A program made the position numbers and the translations under genes. 38,221 nucleotides of DNA from an uncultured Gammaproteobacteria bacterium (GTDB taxonomy: Bacteria > Patescibacteriota > Patescibacteriia > 2-01-FULL-39-33): positions 1 through 38,221 of the forward strand of contig CAZNIV010000005.1 in NCBI GenBank assembly GCA_964573235.1, written 5' to 3'. Of the stretch, positions 15,708 through 24,889 are shown one piece after another. The notes below the pieces were generated by a model. It saw only the letters and a list, made by a program, of their open reading frames with translations, was not told where the DNA came from and did no database searches. Every line of letters starts with the position of its first letter. Position 1 is the first letter of the stretch.

Positions 15708-17414
15708 TTACATTTCTTCTAAGGTAGCAATACCCAATAACGCCAAGCCATTAGTTAAAACCTGCTTAACCGAAGCCACCAAGGCCAAACGCGCCTTTTG
15801 TACCGCCAAATCGGGAACAATAATCTGAGTTTTTTGGTAATAAGAAGCAAATTGGCGAGATAAATCAAATAAATATTTAGCAATCGAGCTAGTATCAAAA
15901 TTTTTATAAGACGCCTGAACGGCCTCTGGAAATTCCGCTAACTTCAAAACTAATTGGCGCTCAATCTCTTCTTTGAGATTTTCCCAGCCCGCTTTTGGTA
16001 TGGTACGAAATTTAGCTTTCTTTAAAATACTATTAATACGACAAATAGTATATTGAATATAAGGGCCACTGAAACCTTCAAAACTTAGCGCCTCATCAAT
16101 ATCAAAAACGATCACCGTATTACTGCCCACCTTAATCATGTTAAATTTCAAACCACATAAGGTAATGCCCTTGGCGGTAGCGTTGATTTTTTCTTCGCTC
16201 CAATCTTCGTGACGCTTTTTGGTTTCTTCTTTAGCTTTTTGCAATACTTGTTGATATAAATCTTCAAACAGCACTACATTACCAGCGCGAGAAGACATAG
16301 CGCCATCTTTCAAAGTAACAAAATCATAAGCAATGTGTTTCATTGGTTTATTAAAACCAATAACTTCCATTGTTTTAAACACTTGATCAAAATAAAAGCT
16401 CTGGCGATTATCTACTAAAACAAAACTTTTATCAATTTTATATTTTTGAAACTTTAATTTACATAACGCCAATTCTTTGGTGGAATAAAGCGAAGAACCA
16501 TCAGACTTAAGCAATAAAAATTGTTTTAAGCCATACTTATCTAAATCAATGATAGTCGCGCCTTGGCTTGGCTGAGCGATTCCTTGTTTTAGCATATCAT
16601 GCACCATTTTTTTACCCGGCTTTTCCACTTCGCTTTCAAAAAAAATGTGATCAAATTTAGCACCCAATAATTCATAATTTTTCATAAAGCCGTCCATGCT
16701 CCACTGCTTGGTTTTTTCCCATAAGGCTAACCATTCTTTATCGCCGTTTTCTAATTTTTGTTGAATTTCATCAATTTCTTTTTTTAATTCAGCGTTCTCA
16801 GCTACTTTGCGAGTAGCTTCAGCATAAATTTCTCCCAACCAACGAGACTTATTTTCCGGAGCTGTTTCGCTATCATGAAATTTTTTCAAACCCCATAAAC
16901 ATTTAGCTACGTGAGCGCCAATATCGCCAATATAATTAGCCGCAATAACTTTATCGCCAGCAAAACGACCAATATTCACCAAGCTACTACCCAAGGCCAC
17001 GTTACGCAAATGACCAACATGAAATTCTTTATGTGTATTGGGTTGAGAATATTCCAACATCACTTTTTGCCCAGTCGGCTTAGAACTACCAAACTTAGCT
17101 TTCATTGTTTTAATTTCGGTAATTACCGCTTCACTCAACTTAGCGTTATCTAAAACAAAATTAAGATACGGACCGGCGTTTTTTACCTCTTTAATTAATC
17201 CGTTGGGTAAAATCCTACTTGGCAAGTCAGCGGCAATCTGATTAGGTGAAATACGCAATAATTTAGCCAAAAAGAAACAAGGCACGGCTAAATCACCCAT
17301 TTCTGGGGATGGGGGTACAGTTACTTCTAACTGCTGACGATCCACATCGCGACCCAAGGCTTTAATAGCCTCATCAATAATCTGCTCTTTAATTTGGTAA
17401 ATGGTGTATTTCAT
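15708..17414 (-). CDS. argS: Arginyl-tRNA synthetase
   Basis: 568 aa with the class I HVGH motif (NTHKEFHVGHLRNVALG), an ArgRS-type anticodon-binding DALR-like C-terminus and no canonical KMSKS, which is typical of ArgRS. Confidence 0.9.
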   Translation of the reverse strand: MKYTIYQIKEQIIDEAIKALGRDVDRQQLEVTVPPSPEMGDLAVPCFFLAKLLRISPNQIAADLPSRILPNGLIKEVKNAGPYLNFVLDNAKLSEAVITEIKTMKAKFGSSKPTGQKVMLEYSQPNTHKEFHVGHLRNVALGSSLVNIGRFAGDKVIAANYIGDIGAHVAKCLWGLKKFHDSETAPENKSRWLGEIYAEATRKVAENAELKKEIDEIQQKLENGDKEWLALWEKTKQWSMDGFMKNYELLGAKFDHIFFESEVEKPGKKMVHDMLKQGIAQPSQGATIIDLDKYGLKQFLLLKSDGSSLYSTKELALCKLKFQKYKIDKSFVLVDNRQSFYFDQVFKTMEVIGFNKPMKHIAYDFVTLKDGAMSSRAGNVVLFEDLYQQVLQKAKEETKKRHEDWSEEKINATAKGITLCGLKFNMIKVGSNTVIVFDIDEALSFEGFSGPYIQYTICRINSILKKAKFRTIPKAGWENLKEEIERQLVLKLAEFPEAVQASYKNFDTSSIAKYLFDLSRQFASYYQKTQIIVPDLAVQKARLALVASVKQVLTNGLALLGIATLEEM

Positions 17415-17480
17415 AAATAAAATAATATGTATATTTTACGCCAAAATGACCAAAAAAGCAACCCTTTTGAGGGTAATAAT

Positions 17481-17509
17481 TTGACGAATCACCTAAATTG
17501 TTCTAAAAT
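17481..17509 (+). promoter_or_regulatory. Sigma70-like promoter (TTGACG, 17-nt spacer, TAAAAT) for the thrS leader
   Basis: Read directly. Confidence 0.55.
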
Positions 17510-17515
17510 GGCCTT

Positions 17516-17715
17516 ATTCCAAACGATTGAAAAGACCACCAATCTTTTATCCCTAATAGATCGCGAAAGCGCTAAGTTTGGCCAAACAAGAGCCTGATTG
17601 ATCAAAAGATCGGGAATCTGGGTGGAACCGCGAGGCAAAAAAGGCCCCGTCCCAACACATCATTTTTTTTGGTGTTTTGTGATGGGGTTTTATTTTTTAT
17701 TAATTACTAACTAAA
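17516..17715 (+). promoter_or_regulatory. T-box riboswitch-like leader of thrS (Thr ACC specifier candidate)
   Basis: Strong T-box core AAUCUGGGUGGAACCGCG at 17615-17632 (17 of 18 to the consensus AAUUAGGGUGGNACCGCG). The upstream GACCACCAA offers ACC-A specifier candidates. Downstream is a U-rich tract (UUUUUUUU...GGGGUUUUAUUUUUU) with an imperfect hairpin. Confidence 0.55.
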
Positions 17716-17722
17716 AAAATAT

Positions 17723-19477
17723 ATGGCTAAAAAAGAAATCAACGAACAATTAGAAAAAATTCGCCACTCCACTTCTCATGTGATGGCTTACGCTGTCAAA
17801 GAATTATTCGGCGAAGTTAAATTTGCTATCGGTCCAACTATCGAAGATGGCTTTTATTATGATTTCGAAATGGTTGATAAAACCTTTTCTCCTGATGATT
17901 TAAAAAAAATCAAAGATAAGATGGATGAGATCAACCATAAGAAATTAGATTTTGTTCATACTGAATTGCCTATTGCTGAAGCTTTGAAAAAAATGGAAGG
18001 CCAGCCATACAAGCAAGAATTAATTAAAGACTTAGAGGCTAGTGGCGAAACTGTGGTTAGCTTTTACCAAGTTGGCGACTTTACCGATTTATGCCGTGGG
18101 CCTCATGTGGCTAACACTAAAGAACTTGGGCATTTCAAGTTAATGAAAACTGCCGGTGCCTACTGGAAGGGTAGTGAAAAAAATAAAATGCTTCAAAGAA
18201 TTTACGGCACTGCCTTTACTACTAAGGATGAATTATTCAGCTATGTCAAAGCAGTTGAAGAGGCCGAAAAGCGCGACCATAATAAACTCGGCCGTGAATT
18301 AGAGTTATTTGTCACTTCAGAGGTTATTGGTCAGGGCTTACCACTATTAACTCCCAAGGGCTCAAAAATTATTCAGGTTTTAAAGCGCTGGATTGAAGAT
18401 GAGGAATATAAGCGCGGTTATCAGTTAACCATGACTCCGATGATGGCTAAAAGTGATTTATACAAAATTTCTGGCCATTGGGATCATTATCGCGACGGCA
18501 TGTTTTTATTAAACGCCATTGATGATGAGATGGCACTACGCCCAATGACTTGTCCATTCCAATTTACTATCTATAACGCTAAAAAACATAGCTACCGCGA
18601 CTTACCAATTCGTTACGGCGAAACTTCTACCTTATTTAGAAACGAATCTTCCGGTGAAATGCATGGCTTAATTCGCTTACGCCAATTCACTATTTCCGAA
18701 GGTCATTTAGTTTGTCGTATGGATCAACTAGAAGAAGAATTCGATGGCGTTTTAAATTTAATTAGCTATGTTTTAAAAACCATCGGTTTAAGCGATTATA
18801 CTTATCGTTTTTCTAAGTGGGATCCAAAAAATGAAAAAGGTAAATACATTGATAACCCAGCTGCGTGGGAAAGTTCTCAAGTTGCTTTAAAAAGAATTCT
18901 GGATAAAAACGGCCTACAATACGAAGAGGCTGAGGGTGAAGCGGCTTTTTATGGCCCTAAATTAGACATTCAAATGAAGAATGTCCATGGCAAAGAAGAC
19001 ACTATCATTACTGTGCAAATCGATTTTGCCTTACCAGAAAGATTTGACATGAAATATACTGATAAAGAAGGCAAAGATGCCCGACCAATTGTTATCCATC
19101 GCACTTCTATTGGTTGCTATGAAAGAACTTTAGCTCTATTAATTGAGCGTTATGCTGGCGCCTTCCCAACTTGGTTATCACCAAATCAAGTAACCATTAT
19201 TCCAGTATCCGAAAAGTTTAATGAATACGGTTATAAAGTGAAAAAAGCGCTAGACAATGAAATGATTCGGGTAGAAATAGATGATTCTGATGATTCCTTA
19301 GGTAAACGCATTCGCAACGCCGAGAAACAAAAAACTCCTTATATTATTGTGGTTGGTGAAAAAGAACAAACCGAAGGATCGGTTTCTATTCGCCAGCGCG
19401 GTAACATTGATTTGGGCACTAAGAGCCTTCAAGAATTTGTGGACTTGATTAAGCAAGAGATCGCGGATAAAAAATAA
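17723..19477 (+). CDS. thrS: Threonyl-tRNA synthetase (lacks the N-terminal TGS domain)
   Basis: 584 aa. It starts in the editing/second additional domain (HSTSHVMAYAV Zn/His motif). Class II motifs are present (FRNESSGEMHGLIRLRQF motif 2, GERFDMKY..., the motif 3 region), and the C-terminal anticodon-binding domain is intact. Confidence 0.9.
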   Translation: MAKKEINEQLEKIRHSTSHVMAYAVKELFGEVKFAIGPTIEDGFYYDFEMVDKTFSPDDLKKIKDKMDEINHKKLDFVHTELPIAEALKKMEGQPYKQELIKDLEASGETVVSFYQVGDFTDLCRGPHVANTKELGHFKLMKTAGAYWKGSEKNKMLQRIYGTAFTTKDELFSYVKAVEEAEKRDHNKLGRELELFVTSEVIGQGLPLLTPKGSKIIQVLKRWIEDEEYKRGYQLTMTPMMAKSDLYKISGHWDHYRDGMFLLNAIDDEMALRPMTCPFQFTIYNAKKHSYRDLPIRYGETSTLFRNESSGEMHGLIRLRQFTISEGHLVCRMDQLEEEFDGVLNLISYVLKTIGLSDYTYRFSKWDPKNEKGKYIDNPAAWESSQVALKRILDKNGLQYEEAEGEAAFYGPKLDIQMKNVHGKEDTIITVQIDFALPERFDMKYTDKEGKDARPIVIHRTSIGCYERTLALLIERYAGAFPTWLSPNQVTIIPVSEKFNEYGYKVKKALDNEMIRVEIDDSDDSLGKRIRNAEKQKTPYIIVVGEKEQTEGSVSIRQRGNIDLGTKSLQEFVDLIKQEIADKK

Positions 19478-19490
19478 TTGAGACTCATAA

Positions 19491-19517
19491 AAAGAGGCTA
19501 TTTTAGCCTCTTTTTAT
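19491..19517 (+). terminator. Rho-independent terminator after thrS
   Basis: AAAGAGGCT-atttt-AGCCTCTTT followed by TTAT. Confidence 0.75.
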
Positions 19518-19539
19518 ATTATTTTATTACTTTACTTGA

Positions 19540-19553
19540 CTAAAGCACTTTAG
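19540..19553. promoter_or_regulatory. Imperfect palindrome CTAAAG-ca-CTTTAG overlapping the putative promoter (-35 TTGACT at 19536-19541) of the TrpR-like gene. Candidate operator.
   Basis: Read directly. Confidence 0.35.
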
Positions 19554-19572
19554 TATGATAAAGTGATAGCAT

Positions 19573-19884
19573 ATGAATTGGAATAACAAAGAAAAACAAA
19601 ATCTCATTAAGGCTATTCTAGCTTTAAAAACTCGCGATGAAGCGGAACGCTTTTTACGCGACCTACTAACCGAAGGAGAAATTGAAGAATTTTCTAAACG
19701 CTTGCAAACCGCGGAATTATTAAATCAGCAAGTGCCTTATTCGCAAATCGAAGCCATTACCGGCTTTAGTTCTACCACTGTCGCCCGCGTTTCTAAATGG
19801 CTTAATGGCAAAAATCAAGGTTATAAAACTGTTATAAATAAATTACATCATCACTCTGCCCAAACTGGGAAAGAGTTGTCTTGA
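19573..19884 (+). CDS. TrpR-like YerC/YecD family DNA-binding protein
   Basis: 103 aa. The pattern LLTEGEIEEFSKRLQTAELL...SQIEAITGFSSTTVARVSKWL matches the YerC/YecD (Trp repressor fold) family. Confidence 0.7.
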   Translation: MNWNNKEKQNLIKAILALKTRDEAERFLRDLLTEGEIEEFSKRLQTAELLNQQVPYSQIEAITGFSSTTVARVSKWLNGKNQGYKTVINKLHHHSAQTGKELS

Positions 19885-19901
19885 TGTGCAAACATAAAGC
19901 T

Positions 19902-19940
19902 AACTCCTTCCTAGTTTTTGCTAGGAAGGAGTTTTCGTTT
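19902..19940 (+). terminator. Rho-independent terminator after the yerC-like gene
   Basis: 13-bp perfect stem AACTCCTTCCTAG-tttttg-CTAGGAAGGAGTT followed by TTCGTTT. Confidence 0.7.
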
Positions 19941-19981
19941 ACTCATTAAACGAGAAATATACCTTGAAGAGGAGAAGGACC

Positions 19982-20632
19982 ATGAATATCGAAGTCAAAA
20001 CAATTAAAAGTCTCAATGATCCCGGAACGGCCGTAAAGATGTCTAACGCCTATCAGCGACTCTTTCGCAGTCTGCCCCAAAATAAGGAAACCAGATGTCC
20101 ACTTTGTGGCAAACTAGCACTTATCGGCGCCAAAAACGTCAGATGCCCTCACTGTGCTTATCGATCCACTGCTTCCAACTATTTCAAACAATGTGTTTCG
20201 CTAGCTAACAATCATTTTATTTGTCAGATCATTTCTGATTTCTACCACGAAATCAAGGAAGTTAACGATTGCGTAATCGCTAATAACCATCAGGAAATCG
20301 TAGGGATTGCCTGGGGTCACGATCATTGGAGTGATTGGGGAGATTATCACGGCTGGTCAATGAATGAGCTCTTTGACTACAAATGGAAAACTCCTTTTCT
20401 GGCAATTGATCGCTTACTCATTAAGCCTAGTGACGAACAGGAAGTTGTTGGTATGTCACTTATTAATCAGCTCATGACTAACGAAAAAACTAACACCTGT
20501 TTTATGGTCATTAAAAAAAATGACCCCCTAATCCCGGTGCTAAAAGAAATTGGTGGCCAATGTGCTCAATCACCATTAATCCCTAGTGTCGCTTTCGTTT
20601 TTCGCAAAAGCCGAAAAAAATGCGTTAACTAA
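19982..20632 (+). CDS. Hypothetical protein with an N-terminal zinc-ribbon (CPLCG...CPHC) and a possible GNAT-like C-terminal fold
   Basis: The ATG at 19982 is preferred over the tracked TTG at 19964 because of the GAGGAG RBS 6-8 nt upstream. Zinc ribbon from two CxxC pairs. The C-terminal QEVVGMSLINQL loosely resembles GNAT motif A. Confidence 0.45.
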   Translation: MNIEVKTIKSLNDPGTAVKMSNAYQRLFRSLPQNKETRCPLCGKLALIGAKNVRCPHCAYRSTASNYFKQCVSLANNHFICQIISDFYHEIKEVNDCVIANNHQEIVGIAWGHDHWSDWGDYHGWSMNELFDYKWKTPFLAIDRLLIKPSDEQEVVGMSLINQLMTNEKTNTCFMVIKKNDPLIPVLKEIGGQCAQSPLIPSVAFVFRKSRKKCVN

Positions 20633-20638
20633 AACTTA

Positions 20639-20676
20639 AAGCCGTCCACTCGTGGGACGGCTTTTCTTCTTTGTTT
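20639..20676. terminator. Bidirectional terminator-like hairpin between the convergent genes
   Basis: AAGCCGTCC-actcgtg-GGACGGCTT followed by TTTCTTCTTTGTTT on the plus strand. Confidence 0.55.
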
Positions 20677-20685
20677 CAACCGAAT

Positions 20686-21717
20686 TTAAACTCTTATTTT
20701 AGCTACTTTCTTTTTATCCGCTAATGGCAAGGAAAAAGAAAATTTTGCACCCTGCCCTTTGCCAGCGCTATCCACCCAAATACGACCACCCATGTTTTCT
20801 ACTAATAATCTAGCGAAATACATACCTAACCCAGTTCCTTCAGTATAAACTTGCATCATACCCTTGCCACGCACAAATTTATTAAACAAACGAGGCAAAT
20901 CATCAGGCTCTATACCAATACCCGTATCCTGACAAGAAAATACCACCGAAGCACCTTCTAAGTGTAAACCAACGGAAATTTCTCCGCTTAGCGTGTATTT
21001 AATCGAGTTATCGATAATATTAGAAATAACTTCTTTAATCTTAGAGGCATCTGCCAAAACTTTAGGCAATTTTTTATCCGGAAAAAATTCCAACTTTAAT
21101 TTTTTATCTTGAGCACGCTTAGCAAAACCATCCCAAATTTCTTTAACCGAATTTTCTAAGTTAATCGGCTGGATATTAAATTCAATACGACCGGCTTCAA
21201 TACGCGAAATATTTAGTAAACTTTCAATTAAATCCACCAAATGAACGGAGGCAGTATTTACCTTAGTTAAATTTTCTTTAATCAATTTTGGCAATTTACC
21301 AAAACTACCTTCTAACATCATCGAGACATAACCACGAATAACCGTTAACGGTGTGCGTAACTGATGAGAGGCAATTGATAAAAATTCCGACTTGGCATCA
21401 TCTAATCGTTGCAATTCTTTATTAGCCCCTTCTAACTCTTTAGAAGCTTTGGCTAATTTATTGGCCAATTTTTCTAATTCTTCACGACGCTTGATTTCTT
21501 TTAACGATGATCTAATCACTAAAACAGTAAAAATCAAACTGATTACAAAAACCCCTAATTTATTTAACAAATCCTCTAACGAAAAAGCAAAAAATATTTC
21601 TATAAAATTAATCAGAAGCAATATGCCAATAAAAATTTCCGTGGATACAACTTTTATTTCAAATAATTTAGTTTTGGACATGGTATAAGCAATAAGCAAA
21701 ATATAAGCTGAACTCAA
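20686..21717 (-). CDS. Sensor histidine kinase (2 TM, HisKA + HATPase_c)
   Basis: 343 aa with the H-box FLSIASHQLRTPLTVIRGY, N/G1/G2 boxes (IIDNSIKYT, DTGIGI, GTGLGM) and an N-terminal hydrophobic segment. Confidence 0.88.
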   Translation of the reverse strand: MSSAYILLIAYTMSKTKLFEIKVVSTEIFIGILLLINFIEIFFAFSLEDLLNKLGVFVISLIFTVLVIRSSLKEIKRREELEKLANKLAKASKELEGANKELQRLDDAKSEFLSIASHQLRTPLTVIRGYVSMMLEGSFGKLPKLIKENLTKVNTASVHLVDLIESLLNISRIEAGRIEFNIQPINLENSVKEIWDGFAKRAQDKKLKLEFFPDKKLPKVLADASKIKEVISNIIDNSIKYTLSGEISVGLHLEGASVVFSCQDTGIGIEPDDLPRLFNKFVRGKGMMQVYTEGTGLGMYFARLLVENMGGRIWVDSAGKGQGAKFSFSLPLADKKKVAKIRV

Positions 21718-21823
21718 AAAATATCATACAAACAAAAGAAATAATACGCTATGTTGTCTTTTATTATAACATATTATACTGCCCCAAGGAAACAAGTATA
21801 ACCCCAAAATACCAAAGCTACTT

Positions 21824-23641
21824 CTAATCATACTCGCTTTTTTGCTCGTTATACAACTTAGCGTAAACTTCGCTTCGCGCCATTAATTCCTCATGAGTGC
21901 CATTTTCTCTTACGCGTTTATTGTCTAACAATATAATCCTATCGGCGCGCCTTAAGGTAGCGAAATTATGAGAAATAAGCAAAACTGATTTTTCTTTAGG
22001 CAAATTTTCAATATTACGAAAGATTCTTGAGGCCGAAGGCGCATCCACGGCTGCTGTTGGTTCATCCAAAATATAAACCTTGGCATCACGATAAAAAACA
22101 CGCGCTAAGGCCATCTTCTGCTTCTCTCCCTTAGATAATTCCTCGCCACTAAACTCCACGCCGATCATAGTGTCATATTGCTTTGACCAAGACTCAATAT
22201 ACTCATTAGCTGTACCTAGTTTAGCAGCGTTTTTAACATCATTAATATTTATTTTTCTATCAGCATCACCAAAAGCAATGGATTCTTTAGCAGAAAAGTT
22301 AAAGGTAGAATAATCCTGAGGCAAAACGCCAACTAATTTCCACCAATCGTGCAAATCAAGTTCACGCAAATTAACACCATTAATTAAAATTTCACCCGTA
22401 CTAGGGTCATGAATTCTGAGTAATAATCTTAAAATAGTTGTTTTACCAGCACCATTATGACCAATAAAAGCAATCTTATCTCCCGGATTAATCGTAAAAG
22501 ATAATTCCTCTAAAACTGTTTCGGTAGTATTGGGATATTTAAAAGAAACATTCTTGAATTCAATTTTAGGCGTTACTGAAAGTTTTAATTTCTTTGGATT
22601 TTTTGAACTTTCAACGACTGGATTAACATGAAAAACATCATAAATATCAGAAGCATAAAGATTTCTTTCTAATTGTCTGGCCAAGCTTTTTAACAATTCG
22701 GTAGCCGCACTATTTAAAGCATTTAAAGAACTAAATAAAAAAACCACCGTACCAATAGTGATCAACCCCTTCATTGATTGACTAATGGCTAAAAACAAAG
22801 AGGCGTATAAACCAGCTGCTGCCAACACTTCGGCGCCTAATTGTAACCAGGTTCGTTTTTTTTCTAGCTTAATTTGTTGATGAAAAAAATTATCTAAAAT
22901 ACCTTTCATCCGACCAAAAAATAAATTTTGCAACTTAAATAACTTAGATTCAATTACGCTATATTTATTGGTAAAATATTTTTTATACTCAGCATATAAT
23001 CGCTGATCGCGACCATTAGAACCCCAAATATTCCATAAGCCACCACCATAAGATAATTCAATTAAAAATATTGGGATAGCGGTTACGACAGTAATCACAA
23101 AAATACGCCAATCAATCAACATAATAGCAATAGCGATGGAGGAAAAGGCGATAACCCGTCTTAAATTTTCGTAACTAGATTCTAGAATATTAAGAATAGG
23201 CCAAACGCCATTATTAAAAGCGCGCATACTTAAATCCTGATACGCCGGGTCTTCAATATGGGCAATATCCAACCCCCCACGCTTTTTATAAGAAAATAAC
23301 TCAATAAAATTATTAAACTTAATATAATAATATTTATCAGTATAATTATAGATAACGCCGATCAAATCAGGCGTTAAGCTTATGCTAATATAAATAGCTA
23401 ACATAAACCAAACGGTTTCACCATTACCCGTTTTAACAAAACTAACGATAGAATCAATTAGATGACCGAAAACCTTAGAAGTAATCAAGGGAAAAATACC
23501 CTGAGCCACAGATATAACCAACATCACAGTAGCCGCAATTGGCATATCACTAAAAAGTAAGCGCCCAAAATAAACCAGATTTCTAATCAGGTTTTTAAAG
23601 TTAATTAAACTCTTACCATTATCCTCTTTCTTTTCGGCCAT
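21824..23641 (-). CDS. ABC transporter, fused permease/ATP-binding protein (exporter, MsbA/ABCB-like)
   Basis: 605 aa with an N-terminal 6-TM region, Walker A GHNGAGKTT, signature LSKGEKQKMALARV, Walker B ILDEPTAAVD and an H-loop (LLISHN). Confidence 0.88.
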   Translation of the reverse strand: MAEKKEDNGKSLINFKNLIRNLVYFGRLLFSDMPIAATVMLVISVAQGIFPLITSKVFGHLIDSIVSFVKTGNGETVWFMLAIYISISLTPDLIGVIYNYTDKYYYIKFNNFIELFSYKKRGGLDIAHIEDPAYQDLSMRAFNNGVWPILNILESSYENLRRVIAFSSIAIAIMLIDWRIFVITVVTAIPIFLIELSYGGGLWNIWGSNGRDQRLYAEYKKYFTNKYSVIESKLFKLQNLFFGRMKGILDNFFHQQIKLEKKRTWLQLGAEVLAAAGLYASLFLAISQSMKGLITIGTVVFLFSSLNALNSAATELLKSLARQLERNLYASDIYDVFHVNPVVESSKNPKKLKLSVTPKIEFKNVSFKYPNTTETVLEELSFTINPGDKIAFIGHNGAGKTTILRLLLRIHDPSTGEILINGVNLRELDLHDWWKLVGVLPQDYSTFNFSAKESIAFGDADRKININDVKNAAKLGTANEYIESWSKQYDTMIGVEFSGEELSKGEKQKMALARVFYRDAKVYILDEPTAAVDAPSASRIFRNIENLPKEKSVLLISHNFATLRRADRIILLDNKRVRENGTHEELMARSEVYAKLYNEQKSEYD

Positions 23642-23756
23642 AAATGACTTTGTATTTACTGTAAATTATAACAAATATTTGAAATAAAATACACAATTAA
23701 CTATCCAGTGCCAAAATAAAAAATCTACTGCGTTCACAATTACCAACAAACAAACA

Positions 23757-24752
23757 ATGACATCGCCAAGATTTTTTGGTAAAATGACAGAAACATTCGA
23801 TATGGCAAATTACTTCTCAAAAATTGAAAAAATCAAAAAATCAAACTCATTTCTTAGTGGTGAGAACTTCGAAGTTGCCTCTAATGGCACTCATTATAAA
23901 GTTTTTATTTCGAGTAAATATGTTATTCGGTTTAGGGATGATAATCAAAAATTACTGCAAAGGGAGGCTAAATTATTAAAAAAACTTAATCACCCCCTGA
24001 TACCTAGCATAATATTAGTAACAAAAATAGGTCAATCAACCGCCATGATCGAAAATCGACTCCCCGGAGAAACTATAAATAAAGTATGGGGGAACCTTTC
24101 TGAAACAAAAAAAACAAATATTACCAATCAAGTTGTTATTTTTTTACAAAATATTAAGTCAATTGACGCAAAAAATATTCAAAAAAACGCCTATTCAATA
24201 ACTACCGGAAAAAAATACCATAATTTTTTAGATCTTATTACAGACAAAATAAATCAAAAGGTTTTAAAGATAAAAAAAAATAAATCCACTAGAACTATTT
24301 TGACCAGCTTGTTGGCTATTATCAATAATACTAAAAATAAAAAACTTTTCACTGACAAAAATACAATGGACCTGGTTCATGGCGATCTAATTATCCATAA
24401 CCTGTTAACCGACGGCAAAAATCTAACAGGAGTTCTTGATTGGGAACTATCATTAATTGGAGATTCTGATTATGATTTATTCCGACTATTTTATTACCAA
24501 GAATGCGCCAAGGCCTACGAACAACAAAAGACAGACGAATCTTTTGAGATTGACTACATGAATAAATTAGTTACCACGATTTTAAAATCAAACCTTATTA
24601 AAAATAAAAAGGTATTTTATAAAAAATACCAAATAGCGCGCGCTATTTTTATTATCAATGCTCTTTATTGGGCAACAAATTCAAATGCTCCCAAAAAAAA
24701 TACTAAAGAGCTTATAGCACAATTTAATATAAAAAGCGGGGCTTCAGCATAA
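23757..24752 (+). CDS. Phosphotransferase (APH / choline-kinase-like) family protein
   Basis: 331 aa with a Brenner-like catalytic motif LVHGDLIIHNLL and the D-[WF]-E motif (VLDWELSLIGDSDYD). AT-rich host-like composition. Confidence 0.7.
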   Translation: MTSPRFFGKMTETFDMANYFSKIEKIKKSNSFLSGENFEVASNGTHYKVFISSKYVIRFRDDNQKLLQREAKLLKKLNHPLIPSIILVTKIGQSTAMIENRLPGETINKVWGNLSETKKTNITNQVVIFLQNIKSIDAKNIQKNAYSITTGKKYHNFLDLITDKINQKVLKIKKNKSTRTILTSLLAIINNTKNKKLFTDKNTMDLVHGDLIIHNLLTDGKNLTGVLDWELSLIGDSDYDLFRLFYYQECAKAYEQQKTDESFEIDYMNKLVTTILKSNLIKNKKVFYKKYQIARAIFIINALYWATNSNAPKKNTKELIAQFNIKSGASA

Positions 24753-24767
24753 AATGCCTAACCCCGC
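24731..24767 (-). terminator. Rho-independent terminator downstream of the small peptide gene
   Basis: On the minus strand, GCGGGGTTAGGCAT-ttt-ATGCTGAAGCCCCGC is followed by TTTTTATATT. Confidence 0.7.
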
Positions 24768-24777
24768 GGACGCCCGC

Positions 24778-24873
24778 CTACTTACAGCCGGTACGTTTTC
24801 CGTCGAAAGCTTTGCCAACTGCCAATGGCGCCACTTTGTCGATCTTGATCAATACGATTTTGATCTTTTTCAT
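24778..24873 (-). CDS. 31-aa Lys-rich peptide MKKIKIVLIKIDKVAPLAVGKAFDGKRTGCK, a candidate RiPP precursor or substrate of the adjacent radical-SAM/SPASM enzyme
   Basis: Not in the ORF track (below 60 aa). Minus-strand ATG at 24873..24871, preceded by a strong RBS GGAGGTGA (24888..24881) that overlaps the rSAM stop. TAG stop at 24780..24778. Followed directly by a terminator. Confidence 0.55.
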   Translation of the reverse strand: MKKIKIVLIKIDKVAPLAVGKAFDGKRTGCK

Positions 24874-24889
24874 GAACTATCACCTCCTT

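Noticed and set aside
12451-17153. Short antisense ORFs inside ileS, the receiver gene and argS (12451..12738+, 13029..13226-, 13075..13332+, 13991..14194+, 15491..15682+, 16911..17153+)
   Set aside because: They lie inside well-supported aaRS or receiver genes, on the opposite strand or in another frame, with no signals.
21392-21688. 98-aa plus-strand ORF
   Set aside because: It is antisense to the N-terminal TM region of the histidine kinase. The same reasoning applies to 25048..25433 inside the rSAM gene, 27272..27481 inside the response regulator, and 30789..31022, 31577..31981, 31636..31854, 32474..32665, 34232..34426, 34610..34918, 35867..36326 and 36856..37044 inside neighbouring genes.
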